Shown here piece after piece: positions 55,751-64,000 of a DNA stretch of 64,000 bases. How positions within the stretch are numbered: position 1 is the first letter of the stretch; each line of letters starts with the position of its first letter. Made by a program: the position numbers and the translations under genes. This DNA comes from Eledone cirrhosa. Lineage: Eukaryota. The stretch spans positions 317,812,001 to 317,876,000 of the forward strand of contig OZ024741.1 of the NCBI GenBank assembly GCA_964016885.1. The letters are read 5' to 3'. Under the pieces are notes generated by a model. That model was not told the origin of the DNA and did no database searches. It saw only the letters and a list, made by a program, of their open reading frames with translations.

Positions 55751-56320
55751 TTAGATTCTTCCGCGCCGTTCGGCGCATCGAGCAGTAAGTGCTCGCCAAT
55801 GGTCACAATCAGCGGCAACTTTTTCGAGACCGTGCCAGGTGATGTTGGCTACCATCAGGTCCTTCCGGAACGTTCGTCGCCAAGTGATCCTTGGGCAACC
55901 CCGCCTCCGTTTACCACCAGGCAGAGTCCAGTTCATTGCTGTTTTCGAATGCCGTTCATTTGGCAGACGCAGAATATGGCCAGTCAGACGGCACCTACGC
56001 TCCATGACCACTCTCTGTAGCGTCCACGACTCGGCTCTCCGCAGGATCTTCTCGTTTTGCACTCAGGACACACGAAGGATCTTTCATAGGCACCACTGCT
56101 GGAAAGCGTTCAGTCATCTCTCTATTTTTGCCGTACTCTTCCAGGTCTCGCTCTCATAAAGCACTGTCGGCAGCACGATGCTCTTGTACAGGCGGAGCTT
56201 GGTCTTGGTGCTAATGCATGAAGACGACCAGACGGCACTGCTGCTCCTTTGCCGATCCGACAGTTGATGTCGAGCTCCGCCTCGCCGCTGCTTGTCAGGA
56301 TGCTGCCCAGATAGTGCAAT
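55751..56320 (-). mobile_element. RTE-type LINE 3' fragment
   Basis: HYLGSILT..DINCRIGK, KLRLYKSIVLPTVLYESETW, RLTGHILR..W...GKRRRG. Confidence 0.85.
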
Positions 56321-56372
56321 AAGGATAAATGTGAAGTTCAGTGTAGATGTTTAAAGATCCTTTATTTATAAA

Positions 56373-56453
56373 GCTGTGATACATATTTCAATGGCGATCA
56401 TAGCTATGTGATAGCTCAATCATGCAACCAGTCATGCTACATCATCAGACAGC
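56373..56453 (-). ncRNA. Type-I hammerhead ribozyme with extended stem II
   Basis: Minus: GCTGT-CTGATGA-...-GAA-ATATGTAT-C-ACAGC; AUC site. Confidence 0.72.
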
Positions 56454-56746
56454 ATCTTATGTAATAAGGTTATGTTTCTGAGGCTATCTAAAGACAAGGG
56501 AACAGACAAATATGATGTCCATTCCACTGAATATTTGTATTGAATAATGAAAACAAAGGGTGAAGACGGAACTGATTAAGCACCAATCTTCACCTTTTGT
56601 TTTCATTGTTCAACACACACAAACACACACACACATATATATATACATATATATATATAAATATATAAATCAAAATGGATGCAGTAAAAACCTGTTAGAT
56701 CATTACTCACCAGAGTACTCGATACTTGGGGTAGTAGAGTGTGGTA

Positions 56747-56859
56747 ATATGAAAGAGTCGGGACCCCGACGGCTGAGCTCTTGCCGTTTCAACAGCTAGT
56801 TCCAAAAGCGTTGTTGAAACGGCAAGAGTTCAGCCATCGGGGTCCCAACTTTTTCATAT
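56747..56859. repeat. Third hairpin of the hammerhead-half family
   Basis: ggaccccgacggctgagctcttgccgtttcaac...gttgaaacggcaagagttcagccatcggggtcc. Confidence 0.85.
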
Positions 56860-56870
56860 ATATATATATG

Positions 56871-57062
56871 TCATTGCACTCAGTGCTCCTGTCGGAGCCC
56901 CTATATGGACACACTGGAAGAGGAAGACCAAAGTTAACATATGTTGATGCCCTAAGGACAGACACTGGTCTGTTGGAGAGGCAGGACATGGCAGCGATAA
57001 TGAGGGACAGAGACGGCTGGAGAGAACTCGTCCATGGATCTCGGGAATTTTACCCGCCCTAG
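56871..57062 (+). mobile_element. Short 3' copy of the LINE at 7725-8280
   Basis: Near-identical [18 protein letters not shown]...HGSREFYPP. Confidence 0.9.
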
Positions 57063-57437
57063 AAGATATTAGACTAGCTTGTTTAGAATACTCAGCTGAA
57101 TCTTATATGATGAAAGTCGACTACAAAATCAAGAACTCTCATCACTTGATCTTGAAGAATTATTTGTTCAAGACTGCATGGAGTTCTAACAGTGTTATTG
57201 GCCTTGCCATAAATAAGTAGATACCAGTATATATATATATACATATATATATATATACATATATAATTATGGGTGGGTTCCCAATGAGTATCGGGAGGTG
57301 ACCATTGTTAAAAAAGGTACCCAATACATTAGTAGTGTATAGGCAACTTTATTTTATATAGAAATGACTTCTACAGCACTAGAACTGTTTCATTCTTATG
57401 AAATCATCATCCTGATGATTTCATTATATATATATAT

Positions 57438-57475
<38 letters not shown>

Positions 57476-57495
57476 TATATATATATAATATATAT

Positions 57496-57527
<32 letters not shown>

Positions 57528-57560
57528 ATATATATATATATATATAATATATATATATAT

Positions 57561-57595
<35 letters not shown>

Positions 57596-57967
57596 ATATA
57601 TGTAAACACCACATGATTAAAAGATGGCGGTAGATTTTGAAAATTGAATTAAATTAGTAACATTTGCCGTATTCTTTACTACTGGGGAGCAAGTTGATGT
57701 ATTCAGCTAGCATTCTTATCGCAAAAATAAGAGGTGCGTCTTTGATTCTCACACATGCTGATGTCCAGTTACTTATTCAATTCAATATACATATATATAT
57801 GTGTGTGTGTATGTATATATATGTGTATGTATATATATATGTATGTATATATATATGTATGTATATATATATATATATGTATATATATATGTACGTATGT
57901 GTGTATATATGTATATATATAATCAATGATATTATATAAATGGAAACTATATTTATAAAACCATATT

Positions 57968-58031
57968 TATTTTATTATATATATTTCAAGGGTACCAAAA
58001 AAACTTTGGTACGCTTTCATCAGATAAAATA
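57968..58031 (-). ncRNA. Hammerhead ribozyme (left arm)
   Basis: Reverse complement of 58178-58241. Confidence 0.8.
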
Positions 58032-58177
58032 CAAAGAGTGTTTTATAAATTTTGACATAGCCAAGGAAATCATACTTTATCAGTTGAATTTTCTTGGGTA
58101 GTATATACCACCCAAGAAAATTCAACTGATAAAGTATGATTTCCTTGGCTCTGTCAAAATTTATAAAACACTCTTTG

Positions 58178-58241
58178 TATTTTATCTGATGAAAGCGTAC
58201 CAAAGTTTTTTTGGTACCCTTGAAATATATATAATAAAATA
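58178..58241 (+). ncRNA. Type-I hammerhead ribozyme, intact core
   Basis: TATTTTAT-CTGATGA-aagcGTACCaaag..ttGGTACcctt-GAA-ATATATAT-A-ATAAAATA; 8-bp stem I. Confidence 0.83.
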
Positions 58242-58379
58242 AATATGGTTTTATAAATATAGTTTCCATTTATTTAATGTCATTGAATATTTACTCCAGA
58301 AATCTGGCAAGTGCTCTGAATCAGTTATAAACATTTATATTTGTTGTATTTCCAACAAATTAAATATCCCTTCTGCTTA

Positions 58380-58499
58380 TATATATATATGTATGTATGT
58401 ATGTGTGTATATATGTATGTATATATATATGTATATATATATATATACGTGTGTATGTATATATATATATATATATATATACGTGTATGTATATATCTG

Positions 58500-58538
<39 letters not shown>

Positions 58539-58657
58539 ATATATATATATATGTATGTATATATATATATGTATGTATATATATATATGTATGTACATAT
58601 ATATGTATATATATATATTTTATATATATATATATATGTATATATATATGCATGTAC

Positions 58658-58694
<37 letters not shown>

Positions 58695-58778
58695 TGTATG
58701 TATATATATATGTATGTACATATGTATGTATATATATATGTATATATATATGTATGTACATATATGTGTATATATATG

Positions 58779-58809
<31 letters not shown>

Positions 58810-58934
58810 GAATGTATATATATATATGTATATATATATATGTATATATATATATGTATGTATATATGTATATATATATATATATATATGTATGTATATA
58901 TATATATGTATGTATATATATGTATATATATATG

Positions 58935-58989
<55 letters not shown>

Positions 58990-59174
58990 GTATATATATG
59001 TATATATATATGTATGTATATATATGTATATATATATGTATATATATGTATATATATATATATGTATATATATGTATATATATATATATAAATATATGTA
59101 TGTATATATATGTATGTCTATATATGTATGTATATATATGTATGTCTATATATGTATGTCTATATATGTATGTC

Positions 59175-59224
<50 letters not shown>

Positions 59225-59558
59225 TATGTATATATATGTATATATATATATATGTATGTATATATATATATATGTATGTATATATATATATATCTATGTA
59301 TATATATATATATGTATGTATATATATATATATCTATGTATATATATATGTATGTATATATATATATGTATATATATATATGTATATATATATGTATGTA
59401 TATATATATATGTATGTATATATATATATATGTATATATATATGTATATATATATGTATGTATATATATATGTATGTATATATATATATGTATATATATA
59501 TGTATGTATATATATATATATATGTATATATATATGTATATATGTATGTATATGTATG

Positions 59559-59633
<75 letters not shown>

Positions 59634-59653
59634 GTATGTATATATATATATGT

Positions 59654-59694
<41 letters not shown>

Positions 59695-59723
59695 TATGTA
59701 TGTATATATATATATGTATGTAT

Positions 59724-59763
<40 letters not shown>

Positions 59764-59846
59764 GTATGTATATATATGTATATATATATATGTATGTATG
59801 TATATATATATGTATATATATATATGTATGTATGTATATATATATG

Positions 59847-59915
<69 letters not shown>

Positions 59916-59990
59916 ATATGTATGTATATATGTATATATATATATATATATGTATGTATATGTATGTATATATATATATATATATGTATG

Positions 59991-60039
<49 letters not shown>

Positions 60040-60046
60040 GTATATA

Positions 60047-60091
<45 letters not shown>

Positions 60092-60092
60092 G

Positions 60093-60123
<31 letters not shown>

Positions 60124-60126
60124 ATA

Positions 60127-60165
<39 letters not shown>

Positions 60166-60182
60166 ATATATATATGTATATA

Positions 60183-60229
<47 letters not shown>

Positions 60230-60236
60230 GTATATA

Positions 60237-60315
<79 letters not shown>

Positions 60316-60518
60316 GTATATATATATATATATATATGTATGTATATATATATGTATATATATATATATATATGTATGTATATATATATGTATGTATATA
60401 TATATATATATGTATATATATATGTATGTATATATATATATATGTATATATATATGTATATATATATATGTATGTATATATATATATATGTATATATATA
60501 TGTATATATGTATATATA

Positions 60519-60570
<52 letters not shown>

Positions 60571-60583
60571 GTATATATATATG

Positions 60584-60632
<49 letters not shown>

Positions 60633-60727
60633 GTATATATATATATGTATATATATATATGTATATATATATATGTATATGTATGTATATATATATATAT
60701 GTATGTATGTATATATATATATGTATG

Positions 60728-60792
<65 letters not shown>

Positions 60793-61000
60793 GTATATAT
60801 ATATATAATTACCCAGTGCATTACTGGTACTTTATTTTATCGACCCCGTAAGGATGAAAGGCAAAGTCAACCTTGGTGGGATTTGAACTCAGATCGTATA
60901 TATATATATAATAGTATATATATATGTATGTATATATATATATGTATGTATATATATATATATGTATGTATATATATATATGTATGTATATATATATATG

Positions 61001-61039
<39 letters not shown>

Positions 61040-61059
61040 GTATATATATGTATGTATGT

Positions 61060-61093
<34 letters not shown>

Positions 61094-61095
61094 GT

Positions 61096-61143
<48 letters not shown>

Positions 61144-61145
61144 GT

Positions 61146-61179
<34 letters not shown>

Positions 61180-61194
61180 GTATATATATATATG

Positions 61195-61225
<31 letters not shown>

Positions 61226-61230
61226 GTATG

Positions 61231-61325
<95 letters not shown>

Positions 61326-61466
61326 GTATATATATTTATGTATGTATATATATGTATATATATATATGTATGTATATATATGTATATATATATATGTATG
61401 TATATATATGTATATATATATATGTATGTATATATATGTATATATATATATGTATGTATATATATG

Positions 61467-61501
<35 letters not shown>

Positions 61502-61512
61502 ATATATATATG
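58380..61512. repeat. ~3.1-kb (TA)n/(TATG)n array with a SINE fragment at 60808-60893
   Basis: Direct reading. Confidence 0.97.
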
Positions 61513-62311
61513 AGCCTTGCCTGACGACCCTGTGATTGTGCAGGTGAAACTCCTGAGTAACAAGACACACTATTTAGCCTAATAAATGAATATTTAAACT
61601 CTACTTCATTATTGAGTACTCTTTTCTCTCTTCAATCAACTACATATATATATATGAGTGTGTGTGTGTTTGTCTATGTATTTATATGCATGTAGTAAAA
61701 AATACGGCAAAAGTTACTGATTTCATTCAATTTTAAAATTGCACCACTGTCTTCTAATCCTGTGATGTTTACATATATATATATATATATATATGAGTGG
61801 GTGTGTATGTATGTATATATGTGTATATACAGTAGTGTTAATTAGTTTATAAACAAGTGTATACTGTTGATTAAAAACATTTATTTCTGTTTATTTAATC
61901 ACTTGTGATTCAAACTATATTGTTTGTATGAATGCATGCATACATTCATGTATATATGTATCTATATATGTTTATTTGTGTGTGTATATATTTATTTTTT
62001 CTTTGTCATGAGCCCAAAGGCTCACCTGGCCAGTGATTATCCTGGTTTCTGTGGTATTAAAGCAAATGAAAATACAAAACACCGTCCTGGACAGGATGCC
62101 AGTCCATTGCAGTGTTAAACTCTGGTACTTGTTTTCAGCTGAGTATACTGGAACAAGGTGTAATGAAGTATTTTGCTCAAGTACACAAAAAACAACCCAG
62201 TCTGTGAATCGAATCCACAACATTATGATTGTAAGTCGAACATGCAGTTATATCTATATACTGTATATATATATACAGTATATATATATATACGGTATAT
62301 ATATATATATA

Positions 62312-62745
62312 TAGTGGTGGAACACTGGCAGGTAATATCCGGAGTCCAAGCCATACGCAAGGGGAAATCCGACATGTGGCTTATGTTTTGACGAACGAAT
62401 AACTATTCTAAAGAGATTACGCAATAGTGATTGCTTAAACACGAGAAATGAATTTTTCACACGTCCACACGTCACCAAACACCTATTACATAACTACAAG
62501 GCTCCGGACTGATTCTTTGTAAATTTATTTTCAACCTAAAAACTTTTCGGACCTTCGCAGTTATCTCCCTTACACCTCTCTCACGCAGTCTAGTATTGCC
62601 TGTGCGAAGTGACCGGGATTCTGCACATGCGCGTTCGTACGGTTTTCTTTCCTGTTCCTATAACCATGCCCATTCCGAGCTGAGGATCCGCTAAGGTGAA
62701 ACAATTGTTCTCGGTATGGTGAAGTAACTGTTGTGTAACCACTTC
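62312..62745 (+). mobile_element. Penelope-like element 3' fragment (GIY-YIG C-terminus plus 3' region)
   Basis: SKPYARGNPTCGLCFDERITILKRLRNSDCLNTRNEFFTRPHVTKHLL; flanked by (TA)n. Confidence 0.83.
62675..62714 (+). ncRNA. Minimal hammerhead ribozyme of the Penelope-like element
   Basis: CCGAG-CTGAGGA-tCCgctaaGGt-GAA-ACAATTGT-T-CTCGG. Confidence 0.82.
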
Positions 62746-62909
62746 TATATATATATATTATATATTATATATATTATATATATATTATATATTTATATTA
62801 TATATATATATATATATATATTATGTATATATATATATATATTATATTTATTATATATATATATTATATATTTATATTATATATATATATTATATGTATA
62901 TACTTACAC

Positions 62910-63775
62910 CTCTCCAAGACAATGTCACTGGACCGAGATCTTTGGCACTACGCAGTAATACCGAAGACCCGCCTTGCCTAAGTACAAAGCGAAACCTACA
63001 GTCAATAGGCACCTCCTAACCAAAAATACACCCCCACCCACTACCCTTACCTCCACCCCCATCTACACCTAAAGTTATGTTGGTGCCACAATATCCAGTC
63101 CTAAATAAAGGAGGTCGTGTAGGTGTCACGACAAAAAAAACAACAACACAGTTCACGCTGTAATGTGGCCGTGTAGGTAACACGGTAAAAACCTCCCAGT
63201 CCACACTGTAAATGTGGTTGGTGTTAGGAAGGGCATCCAGCCGTAGAAAACCCGCCAGACAGTCCTATACGAGCAAGACAACCAATCTTGCCTCACGTGG
63301 GACAATTCCCGTCTAAACCCATTCTAGAGTGGAAGATAGACGTAAAACGACGATGATGATGATGATATATATATTTATATTATTTATATTATATATATTG
63401 TATATATTATCATCATCATCATCATCGTTTAACGTCTATCTTCCACGCTAATATGGGTTAGACGGGAGTTGTCCCAATTTGAGGCAAGATTGGTCGGGTG
63501 ACCGTGTCTCGCTCGTATAGGACTGTCTGGCAGGTTTTCAATGGCTGGATGCCCTTCCTAACACCAACCACATTTACAGTGTGGACTGGGAACTTTTTAC
63601 CGTGTTACCTACATGACCACATTACAGCGTGGACTGTGTTTTTTGTCGTGACACCTACACGATCTCGATCTCATTATCTCATTAATTTGGACTGGATGTT
63701 GTGGTACCAACTTTACAGAGAAAGGGTGGTGTTGGTGGGAGTGGGGGGATGGAGTAGGGGTTGTGGGTTGGGGTG

Positions 63776-63814
<39 letters not shown>

Positions 63815-63857
63815 TATATATATATATATAATATATTGTATATTATATATATATATA

Positions 63858-63903
<46 letters not shown>

Positions 63904-64000
63904 ATATAATATATATATATATATATATACATCCAGTCCGAAATAAATGAGGTGGTGTAGGTGTCACGACAAAAAAACACAGTCCACGCTGTAATGTGGT
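62910..64000. mobile_element. Cluster of RTE-tail copies in alternating orientation
   Basis: + copy ends (GAT)n at ~63364; - copy starts (CAT)n at ~63409; further + copy from ~63930. Confidence 0.82.

Larger units (their letters stand above)
57923..58286. repeat. Near-perfect ~360-bp palindrome with a hammerhead on each arm
   Basis: Axis ~58104 (cttgggtagtatataccacccaag); arms differ at only a few positions. Confidence 0.95.

Overview
Eukaryotic, very AT-rich, repeat-dense DNA. It is most consistent with a coleoid cephalopod (octopus-type) genome, inferred from kb-long (TA)n arrays, RTE/CR1 LINE debris with (GAT)n tails, mollusc-type tRNA SINEs and tandem C2H2 zinc-finger genes. Only two host genes are supportable: paralogous C2H2-ZNF genes on the + strand (~16244-18094, single coding exon; 44720-45395 + 47742-48619, two coding exons). 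Both have 1 degenerate + 5 canonical fingers followed by a shared T(V/L)EELxRL-type motif. The rest is transposon remnants (RTE, CR1-like, mariner/Tc1, hAT- and piggyBac-type MITEs, Penelope-like GIY-YIG fragments), micro/minisatellites, and about 15 intact or degenerate type-I hammerhead ribozyme motifs. Many of these motifs lie in long fold-back palindromes, and several palindrome axes fall on a ribozyme stem. All long Y/I/M/C-rich ORFs in the track are microsatellite artefacts. All calls were made by eye; no searches or folding programs were run.
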